From NCBI RefSeq assembly GCF_009914755.1, contig NC_060946.1: a stretch of DNA of 64,000 bases; one strand, written 5' to 3'. This document shows positions 12,039 to 25,888 of this stretch, piece after piece (position 1 is the stretch's first letter; every line of letters begins with the position of its first letter). The notes beneath the pieces were generated by a model that saw only the letters and a program-made list of their open reading frames with translations, had not been told where the DNA came from and ran no database searches. The position numbers and the translations under genes were made by a program. Source of the stretch: the human T2T-CHM13v2.0 reference genome, Homo sapiens.

Positions 12039-13985
12039 GGTGCAGAAGTCTCAGTTTAACAGGTCATCTGATCTGGAAGAATGGCTCTGACATATACCCC
12101 TGTCTGTGAAACAAGAGGTTGGGACTCCATCATTCCCCAAGTTTCTCCCAGCTGTGACCCTCTTGGCCCCCAACTATGGGTTCTACTCCTGTTCTGAGAG
12201 GCCTAACTGAGGGTTTCAACTCTCTGATGAGTAAGGGGCCAGCCTCTGGAGTTTGTGCAGCCAGAAAATTCCATCTGTCTGGTCTTTCCTTTTCCCTTTG
12301 GACAGAATCCCTCATTCCAGGCACTTATGAATCTCCCCAGGATACCCCCCAAGCAAAGTTCCTATTTCTTCATATTTGCATGCCCTCCTCTCAAAACTTA
12401 GCTTTCTTGTGATGCCCTCTGCTCTGTTACCATCTCTAGGCAGAAGCTAATTTATGTTTTGATGCCAATTGCAGATAGCAGGCATTACCTTTCCAGGTAG
12501 ATTAGCATTTTATGTCTCAGTCTAACTGTGGAAGTTCAGGCAGAATGACTATGGTGAAGGGAAAATTTAGAAGTCAGTAATACTTCCTTGCATCTCTCGA
12601 TGCTTAATCGAAATGTAGATGCAGCTGCCTCCTGAGTTTGCTGGGCCCAGGATAGAGTGATGCCTCCACATTGGTAGAGTTCTCTGTTTCCCGCTTTGGC
12701 TTCTAAGTTCAGAGTGGCCTGGGATGGTTTCATTTTGGTTGGATTGTTTGTGGCATGATTACCCTATGGGTCACAAAGCTTGGTTCTGAGGGCTGATGAA
12801 ATTCCGGGTAAGCCCTGTGCTAGACTCACTGATTCCCACACTCAAGGGTGGCTGGACCCAAGGCCCTTTCTTAACAGATTGAAGGTTGTGTGCAAACCTA
12901 TCTGGCCTCAGGCAATTGGCTGGTCAGTGTGGGCTGTTTGCTAGGAGCTGGTGTTTGTAGTAGCTATTCTTTGGCATCAAGTGGCCTGTTAAGTCAAGGA
13001 CTCCTCTGCACCATCAGTTACTGTCTGGTCCCTACTGTCTTACCTCACCTGTCCCAGGAATGGACAGGTAGATGGGGGACTAGCTAAGACATTAGGGAAG
13101 CCCAAGTCCATTTCTACCACTTTGGAATTTGGGGCTGAATCACTCCTCCTCTCCGAGTGATTTCAGTTTCCTCCTCAGTGAATGGATCGAATAACATGTT
13201 TCTTGCTGAACTGTTGTAAGGACGACATGGATCCCAGCCCAGGACCTGACACACTGGGACTGCTGGATCATCACCCTCATCACAATGCTTCCATTCAGAG
13301 GCAGCAAATAGTGCCCCTTGAATGATGTCACCAACAGCCAATCAGAAAGCTCCTGAGCTGTTCCAACAGGAGGGCTCCATTATGATTGGGTCTCTCAGAA
13401 GTCTGAGACTTTGAATGATAGTCTAGTATTAAGGAACACTGGATAGTCTTATAATAAGCGAGACTTTCTTGCCACCAAAGGCCAAACCCCATGCCCACTT
13501 CTGCCATATCAAGATCTCTGGAACAATGGGACTTCCTGTTTGGGCCAAGGGGAAGTGACTGAAAGTCACACCTTACTGAGGCTTGGCAAAGCCTTCTCTA
13601 TCGGTTTCCTCACCTGTGATACTGCCAGGAGGCTGAGACAACTGAACAGAGTGACATAACATCCAGGAGGGGCTTCTCACCCAGTGGTCATCACAGAAGG
13701 GCAGGAGGGCCCCTAACAAGGCATTAATTCCCTGGATGACTTTCAGTAGGACTGACTAGTCTTTGTGTTTTCTGCTTGAGAAACAAATGAGGACAAGAAT
13801 GTATAAATGTCCATCATTTTATTGATAATCAGCATGCTTTAGTATGGCATATGAGAGTATAAGCCAGACAATATGTTAAAATATGAAATGTAGAATATCC
13901 TCATTCTACTTACATCCATTCGTTTGTTCATTGGTCAGGAAATATTGGAAGTCAAATGGGGCCTGGTAGATTTAAGGGGCCTTGA

Positions 13986-14355
<370 letters not shown>

Positions 14356-14830
14356 ACCTTTAAAATATATCCTTTATTCTATATCTGTATATAGTTTTAT
14401 TCTATTTTTATTCCTGTCCATATATTTTTATTAGATTTTAGGGTTAGCATTTAGATTAGCATTTTAGTAGGGAGATGATGGGGGCAGCAGAAGTCTCAGT
14501 CTAACAGTGGAAATTCAGGCAGAATGACTATGGTGAGGGAGAAATCTAGAATTATAAGTATATCGAATAGTTCTGTGGCAAGTCTACCTCAACCCTAAAA
14601 ATTGCTCTGTGGTTTTTCAGATTCCCACCCTACATCCACAGCCTTACGTAAAAGCATTGAGAAAAACTTCCAACTTCTCATACTTTCTCTATCTCTCTTC
14701 TTCCTTTTGCTCTCTTTCTAATGGTTCTTGGGAAACTAGCGGCCTCTCTGCAGCCCCTCCCTGCCCCTGCCTCAATCACTCCCCTGCCCACCTGCCTACG
14801 GGGCCCTGACACGTGCTCTGCTTTGCACAG

Positions 14831-14954
14831 GTTTGACCTGCAGCTGGCCCAGGCCCTAGGTGAGTCAGTGTTTGAGAAGGGTCTCCGTGAGAAAGTGACC
14901 CAGGAGAACACCAGTGTCCGGTGGGAGCTAGGCCAGCTTCAGCAGCAGCTGAAG
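14831..14954 (+). CDS. MYO18B: MYO18B exon E (124 nt, phase 2-0): (K)FDLQLAQALGESVFEKGLREKVTQENTSVRWELGQLQQQLK
   Basis: acceptor ctttgcacag|G, donor AAG|gtaagg; within ORF 14721..14999. Confidence 0.95.
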
Positions 14955-15848
14955 GTAAGGGATGGGGGACACAGAGCTATCTTGGCTCTTGGTGGCTAAA
15001 TCTCAGGAAACTGCATCGTGCACCTGCTGCAAATGGTGACAGAGAGAAAACTTCACAAGGGTATCCTGGTCTGTCAAGCAGCTGAATCCCAGTGTGTCTT
15101 AATAAAATAGCAAATGGTGGCTGGCAAATTGATAATCAGACTTTGAGCAAGATTGATGTCTTGATCTTGCTTCAGTTACCTGCACAGGTTCCGAGGTGCT
15201 TACCTGGGAGGTATAACAGGCTCAGCAGAGAATGAGTTAGCTATAACCTTGTCCAGGAGCAATGTCCTGGTCCAAGCAGGCTCCAATGCAGAGAGATTTT
15301 ACTAAAATACAACACGGGTGCCTCACTCAGCTGCTCCTCATCCTTTTGTGGTTCTCTACTACTCGCAGGAGAACCTCTGAGCGCTTTAGCCTGGCGTTCA
15401 ACTCCTTCACGATCTGGCCCAAAGTTATTTGATCCTGGAGCTGACTTTGTAACCTGGAAGAGTCATTTCTGAGCACTTTGCCTCCCTGCTCCAACATCTC
15501 AATCCCAGCCTCAGACGGCACACAGGGAAGCTTTAGCTGTGTGCCTCCACTTCCCTTACAAATGGGGTCAACCCTTCCTGTAGGTGCTCTGAGATCGAAC
15601 TCTAGGGACAATTTATTCCAATCCTACCTCCCACCCCCAACTCCATGCCTGTAGGAGCTATACCAAGAGCAGCCCTTGCTGGTGTCCCACAGGGGGCGCT
15701 GTGAGGGACGGTGGGGTCCAGGTGGAAATGGCAGGCATTGGAAAGTGGAAAACGCCACTCCAGCCCCAGTTGGTTGTAGAGGTATCCCTGGGGGAGGAGG
15801 GAGGCATACTCATGTGACTCCAGATCTCTGTCCTCTTTGTCTCTGTAG

Positions 15849-16049
15849 CAAAAGGAGCAGGAAGCCTCACAGCTGAAGCAGCAGGTGGAGATGCTACAGG
15901 ACCATAAACGGGAGCTGCTGGGGTCACCCTCTCTGGGGGAAAATTGCGTTGCTGGCTTGAAGGAGAGGCTCTGGAAGTTGGAATCCAGCGCCCTTGAGCA
16001 ACAGAAAATCCAGAGCCAGCAGGAAAACACCATCAAGCAGCTGGAGCAG
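15849..16049 (+). CDS. MYO18B: MYO18B exon F (201 nt, phase 0-0): QKEQEASQLKQQVEMLQDHKRELLGSPSLGENCVAGLKERLWKLESSALEQQKIQSQQENTIKQLEQ
   Basis: acceptor ctttgtctctgtag|CAA, donor CAG|gtagga. Confidence 0.95.
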
Positions 16050-18834
16050 GTAGGAAAGCCCTGTCTCAGGGCAACACCCTGTCCCATGTCTCCAATGCAG
16101 AGTGATGTTATTAAAATACAATGTGGGTGCCTCACTTGGCTGCTCCTCATCCTTCAATGGCTCCCTATTATCCCAGGGAACCTTTAAGCTCCTAAGTCTG
16201 ACATTCAGATCCTTCCTGATCCAGCTCTCCCCTGCAAGGTTCAGTGTCACCTCCTCAGAGAAGCCTGCCTTAATCATCTTGCAAATAGCTCCCACTAGGT
16301 TGCATTCATTTCCCATCTCCTTAGCTGGGTTGCTTTACTCTCTGGTACCTGCCATCGTATTAGATAGTATTTTTTAAAAGTTTGCTTTATGCCTTTCTCT
16401 CTCATTAACATATAAGCTTCATGAAGTCAGATTGTTTTTCTCTTTCTCTTGCTTCTTAGTGCAATCCTAGAGCCTAGAATGAGGCCAGGTACATAGCTGA
16501 TGCTCAATAAATAGCTGTTGACCAAATATCTAACATTCATTGAGTACTGTCTGTATACTAACCTCAGCCCTAAGCTCTCCCCACACATCTCACGAATCTC
16601 CACATGAACCTTATGTAGGGAGATCTTAGTATTATCCCCACTTTACGGATGTAGAAGTTGAGACTCAGAGACATGGAGAAAGTATCAGGGATGGGATTTG
16701 GAACCTGTGTCATCTGACCCCACACTGCCTTGAATGTCTGCTATGTGCTAGGCATTGTGCACAGCTTCGGGGCAGATTGAAGTGCTACTCTTTGGGGAAA
16801 ATAAAATAACAAAGGGAATAAGACAAAAATATCAAATACTCTTGTACCAGTACCCTCTGCAAAGTACCAGATGAATACTTTATTTGTCTGCTTGCTTATT
16901 TATGTACTTACTTATTTACCTCATTCTATAAATAATTTGAGGCAGCTTACAAGATACATGTATAATAGAACACAAAAATTATAAATAAAACAATCCAAAC
17001 CACAAAAGTACAAAATAAAATAGACACTAAGGAGGAGGGTGGGGGCAGTGAATTAATAGGCAGATAAAGCATAACATATGGTCTTACACACATAATAATT
17101 TTAGCTCTAAAATTCCTGGTGGCCAGAAAGAAAAAGGAAATGTGAGTTACATGCCTGAGATAAAAAAAAAAAAAATTTCTAGGGGAAGTAAGACTTCTTC
17201 TGATGCTTGGCTCTAAACGAATTTCTCTTGTGGGATTTTGTAAAAGGCAATTATTTTAAAGTGTTTTTTTTAAAAAAAATGCTGGGGCCACCGTTATGCG
17301 AGAAAATGTGACCAGGTGTCATGAATGTGTAAAGCAGATGAACTCTGAGCAGCTCTGTTGAACTGAAGTGGGGATGGGTGGGACAGGGGATGGGGGAACC
17401 AGGGGTCAGCTCTTGCTTCTTGCTAACCACTGCTCCAACAAGATGGAGCCTGGTGAGTATCAAGACATGTGGGTGGTGGGTGTTGGGGAACAAGATCCAG
17501 GAAGTCTTGGATGCTCACTAAGGAGCGATAAGGAAGACAAGTCTTTTACTCAGTCAGCCTGTATTTATTAAGTACCTCCTCTGCATCATGCACTCTGTGG
17601 ATGCTGAGGGTGCAATTGCAAATAAGACAGACACAATCTCTGCCCTCCCAAAGTTTATAGTCATGCTTAGTGTTAGGGGAATGTTGAACTTGAAGATCTG
17701 GTCGTGACAGCAGGGTTGGGGGAGAGATCGGGGAAAACTTCCTGGAGGAAGTGATATTTACTGAAGAGGGAAGCTGGAGGATGAATCAGAATTGGCTGAA
17801 TGAGAGAGTTCTAGGCAGGGGACCAGCCTGTGCAAAAGCCTGAAGACAGACAGGATAGTCGTAGGATATTCAAGGAGCTGTAATACGGGGTCTTTGAGGC
17901 AGCTTGTTGCCTGTATGACCTTAGGCAAGCCCCTGTTTTCTCCAGACATCAGTCTCCTTATCTGTACAATCAAATATGGAGCCTTATCTCTCCCCTAGCT
18001 TCCTGCCAACCACAGCTATGAATCAGTGAAGGTTTGTGAAGAAGGTGGAATATCTGTGTAGGTCTTTAAAGGGCATGGATGACGGTGCAGTGCCATGTAG
18101 CACCCCAGTGTTCCTTGTGTTCCTTAAATGAGCAGGATCTTCACAGAGCCAAGAATAAAACAAGCCCTCTTGAAAACTGTGTTAACTCTTTAAGATACCA
18201 CTGGGGGACCACTTAGTGCTCGGAAGCAAAAATGTATTACCATGGCCTCAGGGACCCAAAACTTAATGCAGCTGCCTGAATTTCCATGCTCAGTTCACCC
18301 AGGAGATGAGGCTGACTCAACACTTTCATCCGTCTTCAGCTTCACCCATAACCTCAGGCTGCATTGTGCCCTTGTAGACATCCAGTGGATATTTATTGAT
18401 TATAATACAACACTTTTTCCAGGGAATTTTATGTTAACTCGTATAAGTTTGACATAAATGGTATTGCAGATGTCAAGAATGTCCAAGAGGCTAGAAAAAA
18501 TGAAAAAGAAATATTATAGTTACTTGCTCAGGCTCCTTGGTTTTGGATTATCTTCCCACAACCCCTGTCATTTTAAAGGAAAAAAAGGCAAGAAGTTGAC
18601 ATTTAAAGTGAGCCTACTTTATGCCAGAAACTGTAACAGGGCCTCTGACGTACACTATCCTTTTGCTCCTCACCACGGCATAGCAGGGAATATTATCAAC
18701 ATTTTAAAAGACCCAGATTGTTTTTTTCTGTCCATGTTGGGGACAGCACTTGTTAAGTTCCAAAAGCTTGATGAGAGGTGCTGGGACAGTAGAGTAAATG
18801 ATCAGAAAGTTATCATTTCTACAATGTAACCCAT

Positions 18835-19204
18835 TGTATTAGTCTGTTTTCACACTGCTGTGAAGAACTGCCTGAGACTGGGTAATTTATGCAAAAAAGA
18901 GGTTTAATTGACTCACAGTTCCACATGGCTGGGGAGGCCTCAGGAAACTTACAGTCACGGTGGAAGGGGAAGCAGGCAAGTCTTACATGGTGGCTGGCAA
19001 GAGAGAGTGTGTGAAGCAGGAGCAGTCACGTATAAAACCATCATATCTTAAGAAAACTCATTCACTATCATGAGAAAAGCACAAGGGAAACCACCCCCTG
19101 TGATCCAATCACCTCCCACCAGGTCTTTCCCTTGACCTGTGGGAATTATGGGAATTAAAATTCAAAATGAGATTTGGGTGGGGACACAGAGCCTAACCAT
19201 ATCA
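18835..19204 (-). mobile_element. THE1D/MST-type MaLR solo LTR
   Basis: tgtattagtc...aaccatatca termini, perfect 5-bp TSD cccat. Confidence 0.88.
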
Positions 19205-19968
19205 CCCATCTACGCTATTGAGTTCCAAATGCTTTTTCATGATCCAGTAACATTAAAGAGTATAGACAGATAAAGGAAAGCTTCAAAGCTTTCTTGGGCC
19301 CTGTACCCTGGGGATTCTAATCCAGTAGGTCTAGGGTGAAGCCCTGCAATTTGTATGTTTTAAAAATGCGTTTGTAATTCTAACGTGCCACAAAATTTGA
19401 GAAGCCAGGGCTTGGGCCAATCTGTAAATCATGCAGATCAGGAAAGTGAAGTCTTGAACTAGACCTAGAACTCATGACTTTTTTGCCTTCCACTCTAGAA
19501 CCCTTTATACGACTTCACACAGTTCCAACATTATGCACGGCTCTATGCCTGTTGCATGTGTTTTGGAGGTTCTTGTTTGAAAGACCCAGCTCATTCATGG
19601 GATCACAGCTCTTAATTATGTCAGGTTGCCAGGGAGGGAGGGGATAGTCTTTTCTGTTTTCGAAATAATGGGGAAAGAGAAAGTAATATTTATGTATCAG
19701 ATACTGTGCTAGGTGCTTTATATCATCATTTAATTCTCATAGTAGCATTCTAAGACGGTTGTTTTCTACAGAGAAAGGGGACTGACCTAGAGGTAAAGTG
19801 AATTGTCTCAGATAACATTTTGGGCAAATCATCTTCTTTTCCAGGCTTTCATGTCTTCATACACTTTTGTCCTACCATTCATCTACCTATCCACTCACCC
19901 AGAAAACCATCGCTGTTGCCTGCTCCAGGAATGAGAAATATGTTTCATCTTAAGAGTGTTGAGAAGGG

Positions 19969-20267
<299 letters not shown>

Positions 20268-20537
20268 AGTGTTGAGAAGGATTCTGAGGCTGCTTCTAAA
20301 CTCAGCGGGAAAGTGTGATTGATGAGTGATGTCTGTTATAAGCACAAGAATGGATAGAGGCAATATTTAATCTATTTACCCACCATTTGTGATCTTCCAG
20401 GATGCCTAGGGCAATAACTTGACTCTCATTTATGTATTCCAAAAATGAGAAATGCAATTGGAATGCCAAGGATGACATGGAGGGCTTGGAGAGTTAGAGT
20501 GGGTCACCCTCACGTGCTGTCCTTGCTGCCCCCGCAG

Positions 20538-20648
20538 CTCCGCCAGCGGTTTGAGCTGGAGATCGAGCGGATGAAGCAGATGCACCAGAAGGACCGTGAG
20601 GACCAGGAGGAAGAACTGGAGGATGTCCGTCAGTCCTGCCAGAAGCGG
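20538..20648 (+). CDS. MYO18B: MYO18B exon G (111 nt, phase 0-0): LRQRFELEIERMKQMHQKDREDQEEELEDVRQSCQKR
   Basis: acceptor cccccgcag|CTC, donor CGG|gtacgt. Confidence 0.95.
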
Positions 20649-22360
20649 GTACGTGAGCAGTGAACACAGCTGTGCCCTTGGATCCTGGCAGGTCTGGCAT
20701 GGATTCCCTCTTCCTTAGAGCGAGGAGTAGGACAGGGTCTGGGATCTGGGGACAAGCTCTTTCTGCAATCATCTGAGACCTTAGCTTCGAAGTGACTTCA
20801 AAGGTGTAGGAGCGGAAATGCCCATCTTAAATATGATCTTGGAACTTCCAGAAGCCTCTGGAACTGTCCAGCATAATGGCTCAGAGATTTCTACTAAGTC
20901 CCCGTAATGCCATGTGACTGATGCCAAGGACTTGTAAATTTCAATAATAGAACCAATTCTTTCTTACTATTTTCTTTACAAGTCAAATCATTTCTTAACA
21001 TTTTATCCAAAGTCTTTGTAGCCATTCCGAACAGTGTGTAAGAAAGCAATAACCCCTTGACATGTTATCACCTAGAAGCCATCATTATTACTATTTTAAG
21101 TGTTCTTTTATAGCTCTCTTTCACTCTCTGTACACACATGCAGATTTGCAGAGATATCATTTTCACTAAATGAGGCCATGTGGTTCTGAAGCCTGTTGTC
21201 TCTGCAGTTTGTCATGGCCTCTTTTCATGTCTGTAAGTACAGATCTAACTTATATGTTTAATGGCTTAACAGTTTTTCACCCAAAGCTTATCCTCTAACT
21301 TATACAGTAAATCCCCTATCACTGGACATTAGGTTGTTTCTAGTTTTCTGCCCTTATAACCAGTGCCGAGATAAACATTCTTAGAGCTGTATTGATGGAT
21401 TTGAATGTAGGATCTTCAAAGTGGAATTGCTGGAAAGCTTCGGGTTAAGCCTCGTTTAACAGGTTCTCACATGTACTCTATAAGATCTTCCCTCCCTTCT
21501 CGTCCCCTGAATCATACCTATGTACAGAACACACTCAATTTTGCCTTGCTTGATATATAGTTTTGTTATTTTGTGTGTTTTTCAAGATGGGTTTTAGCTT
21601 TTCCAGTCTTTATTCTAAAAACAGATATAAAGAGAGCGCCTTGTATTTCTCTCCATCCTAAACGAAATTTCTGAAACGAACTTGCTTTCTATAGAAGTGA
21701 CCATCACTCAGTACTTTTTCCCCCTCCATGGGTCAGGAGATGGAATCTCTCAGTCCCTGCCCATATTCCTTCAGGTGAAGATTGCACACATTTCTGGTTT
21801 ATTCTAAGAATGCCTCAAAGTATGGTGTGTGCCCTGAGCCAGGGCTCCAGTGAGTTGGAGATGTGACCCAGACTCTCCTGAGGCTTTTCTCTGGATAGAT
21901 TTATAAAAGGAGAGAGTGAAGTCAGAGAACGGTGTTTTTCTCCTTATAACAAATACTGATATTGACTTCTCATTCTGGTGACTGCTCTGTTCAGTCTATC
22001 TCTCACGTTGGCAGGAAATCAATAGTTAGTGACCTGGGTGGGAATGCTGGGGCTGTCTGGGGTGGCAGAAAGAGCTGGGGTCAGGAGAGAGGACACTAAC
22101 TCCTCTAAACAGCAACTAATTTCAGAGTATGCACTTCGGATTTTCCCTGGGTCTTAGTTTGCCCACCCGTGAAATAGGATCTCTGATGGCATGAGGTGGA
22201 AATGGAGGATGGATAATATATACAAGAGAGGCTGGTGGGGGTGGTCTGCAAAGCACAGCCACAGTAGGGTATTTGCTCTAGTGGGGAATGTCTGTGTTTG
22301 CTGGGTAATTGCTGAGAAATCAGAGCCAGTTGCAAATTAAATGAGTCGCTCATAGTCAGA

Positions 22361-22725
22361 TGTCTGAGTTCAGGCTGCTGTAGCAGAATATTATTGTCTA
22401 GGTGGCTTAAACGATAACATTTATTTATCACAGTTCTGGAGGCTGGGAAATCTGAGATCAAGGTGCTGGCAGATTCAGTGTCTGGCGAGGGCTGTCTTCC
22501 TGGCTTGCAGACCACCACCTCCTGTTTGTACGCTCATGTGGTGGAGAAAGAGAGTGGAAGACAGCTTTCTGGTGTCTTCAGGCACTCACCCCACCATGAA
22601 AGCTCTACCTTCATGGCCTCATTTAAACCTAATTACTTCCCTAAGGCCCCACCTCCAGATACCACTGCACTGAGGGTTAGGGTTTCACCATATGAATTGT
22701 GGAGGGACACATATAGTTTATAACA
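22361..22725 (-). mobile_element. MLT1A-type MaLR solo LTR
   Basis: cacagttctggaggctgggaaatctgagatcaaggtgctggcagattc hallmark; TG...CA ends. Confidence 0.8.
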
Positions 22726-23161
22726 CCAAAAAATCTCAAATGCAACTTTTTTACTGCATCATTGTGTATTTAATAATGGAGGGGATGCATTTTTGATATG
22801 TTGGTTATAATATTGTTCAGAGCCTTTAAAAATCAAAGTGCAAAGGTTTGCAAATATTCAGCAGTGGCCATGGCTGCAGGAGAGAGGCATCTCTTCTACT
22901 GGGGACCTGGGGGAGGGGGTTTCACAGTCAAGGGCAAGGGGTTCCCCATCATTGACCAGCCCTCCCTACTGTTGTCCAGCTCCCAAGCTTTTAGGCTCTT
23001 AAATTCTCCCACAGAGACACTACCACCCAATCACTAGGGCAGCCTCATGGAACAAAGCCACAAGCTCTACATTCCTCCGCCTTCTGAGGGTCCTTGCCTT
23101 GTAGGATGTGTCTGGATGGAGTTCATTTACCCTGTGATGTTTCTTCCCTGTGTATCCACAG

Positions 23162-23266
23162 CTTCATCAGCTGGAAATGCAGCTGGAGCAAGAGTATGAA
23201 GAGAAGCAGATGGTCCTCCATGAGAAGCAAGATTTGGAAGGCTTGATCGGAACCCTCTGTGACCAG
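23162..23266 (+). CDS. MYO18B: MYO18B exon H (105 nt, phase 0-0): LHQLEMQLEQEYEEKQMVLHEKQDLEGLIGTLCDQ
   Basis: acceptor tgtatccacag|CTT, donor CAG|gtaagg. Confidence 0.95.
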
Positions 23267-23789
23267 GTAAGGGGGAGACATTGGCAGACATTCAGAGGAG
23301 TATCTCAGGGACCTATTTGAGAGATGGGCTCATGGAGAGAACAGCCTGAGGGATACCCTCTCCTCCATCAGCTCTGTTCCCACCATATTCACTGGCTCTT
23401 CAAAGGAGACCTTCAGGTGCCTGCAAACAGCAGGGTTTTTGTAAGAACCCATGGGGAATAAAGAGAGTGGGGCCAGCCAGGAGCAATGGATGAGGCTGTC
23501 TTTGCCTTCAGCAGCTGTTGGGATCAGAGTCCACCAGACAGTCCTTCCTTTAAGGGGATGTATGTGAATGGCCACTGCACACATGACTGCCCTCCTGAGA
23601 ACATGACTTTTGCTAGAAGCAGTCAGCCTTGGAGCCAGGCAAATGTAGCTTTAAGCTCCAGAGGGACCACTTCTGTCTGCACGGCTTTGAGTGAGCTAGT
23701 TAACAGCTCTGAGCTTCTGGAGAGTGGAGCCTTATGGGGTTGTGGCTATCACTGTACACCAGGGTTCTCGACTGTCCATCAGTGTACAC

Positions 23790-24010
23790 CAGGGTCCTCA
23801 ACTGCATCACTATGAACATTTGGAGCTGGATCATTCCTTGTGGTAGAGGGCTGTCCTGTACATTGCGGGATATCACGCAGCATCCCTGACCTCTACCCAC
23901 CACATTGCAGTAGCCCACACCTCAGTTGTGACGACCAAAAATTTCTACAGACATTGCCCAATGTCCTTTGGGGAAAAAAAATCAACTTCCCTCACTACTG
24001 AGAACTGTTG
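23790..24010. mobile_element. MER20 hAT-Charlie fossil
   Basis: gggctgtcctgtacattg...cagcatccctgacctctaccc...gttgtgacgaccaaaaat...cagacattgccc hallmark. Confidence 0.8.
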
Positions 24011-25574
24011 CTGTACTAATGTAGCCAGCAGAGCTCAGAGGCAGCTTCCGATTTCAGAGTTGCAAGGAATGACTCTTCCACCTCCTAGATACTCTATTCC
24101 CTTCCTGTGCTGCTGCTGCATGAAATCCCAACACGGGAGAGAAATGCCTGTGGCTTCTATGATTTATTTTAAAGTATCAAAGGAGTGTATTTTAATGTAT
24201 TTGCTTAACATGGGTTCGATGTCTATTAATTAGTAATGGTCTTGTTATCAATATCCTTCCCTAAATTCATTAACTTTATTCACAAAACAATGTGGGTGCA
24301 CTTCAGGTGATCATCTTGGGCAGCCATGCCTTGGACAAAATAAATGCTTATTATGTATTAAAAAACAAATTGATTTAATGAGTGAATTCCACAGCAGGGA
24401 CACACGCGGCAAGAGTAAGAGTTGGAAGCTGAGGGAGTCAATATAATCTTCCTTCTTCTCTGGGTTTTCTAATTTTCCAGCCAAGCAATTGAGACCATTG
24501 AATTCAGAGCCATTGAGGTGACTTTCCTTCAGCATCAGGGCAAGAGAGCACAGCCCAGTACCAGATTCTAGAATGATAGAGGGGAATCACTGCGAGAAGG
24601 TTGCATTCTATTCAGCATAGTCTGAGAAAACAGAATAGATAATCTAGTAAAGCAAGGTTTTTATACAAATTGCAAAAATAAATTTTACATGTAAAGAGAA
24701 GGTAAGTTTAAATGAATAAAAAGCCATCTTTGTGTTAGTCACCAAGTTGGATCCTTTTAATAAATTAGCACTTTTGATGATTTTAAATGTTTTTGTTATG
24801 ACCTTTGCCAAACCCATGGAAAAGCAGAACAAATAATGTAATCGGTGTTTATGAACCAAGCACTCAGGGTTCACATAAATTAACATTTTGCCATTTCTTA
24901 TTCAGATGTTTTTAAGGAAACAAAACGTTTTAAGAACGGTTGGTGGCCTCTTTATGTCGCTTCCTAATCTCAATCCTGGCTCTGCTTTTCTCTTTCTTTC
25001 CTCCCTCCCCAGATGAAACCATTCCCCGGGGTTTGAGGTGTATAATTCCCCTGAATGTATATTTCAACTTCAGCCACATGCAGCAATATGATTCTGCACT
25101 TTACTTTGTCCCCCTCTATGTTATGTTTTTGAGATTAGTCTATAATGATACATGCAGTTCTAATTAATTCATTTCATTTCTACACAGCATTCATTTTTTT
25201 AAAATCTCCTACTTCTATTGGTGGGTAGTTAGTTACTTCCACCCTAAAACCCCAAACTGCAGTGCATAGTCTCGTATCTGCCTCACTGTGCACACGGGCG
25301 AGTGTCTCTCCAGGGTATGTAGCTGGAAGAAGAATTGCTGGCTCCTGGGAATGTACAATTTGGGAATTATTAAATATCACTCAGATTGTTCCCCAAAGTG
25401 ATTGCAGCAGTTTCCATCGTCACTAGCCGTGTCTGAAATTTTACTTCTTCATGTCCCCACCAACATGTGGCACTGTCAGACATTTTTAAACATTTTTTCC
25501 AGGCATCGGGTGCTAAATGGTATTGCGTGGCCCTCCACAGGGATGCTGTGCATTTTTCACATGTTGATTGTGGC

Positions 25575-25888
25575 TTTTTCTTTTCTTTTCTTTTCTTTTT
25601 TTGAGACGGAGTCTCGCTCTGCCTCCCAGGCTGGAGTGCAGTGGTGTGATCTGGGCTCACTGCAAGCTCCGCTTCCTGGGTTCATGCCATTTTCCTGCCT
25701 CAGCCTCCTGAGTAGCTGGGACTACAGGCGCCCGCCACCACGCCTGGCTAATTTTTTTGTGTGTATTTTTAGTAGAGACACAGTTTCACCGTGTTAGCCA
25801 GGATGGTTTCGATCTCGTGACCTCGTGATCCACCCGCCTTGGCCTCCCAAAGTGCTGGGATTACAGGCGTGAGCCATCGTGCCTGGCC
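25575..25888 (-). mobile_element. AluY-like
   Basis: ctgcaagctccgc, gtgttagccaggatgg diagnostics; TSD gattgtggctttttctt. Confidence 0.92.

Noticed and set aside
15602-16150. 182-aa minus-strand ORF
   Set aside because: antisense shadow of exon F with no recognisable protein character
18180-18270. possible TTAA-flanked piggyBac-like MITE
   Set aside because: terminal inverted repeats not convincing
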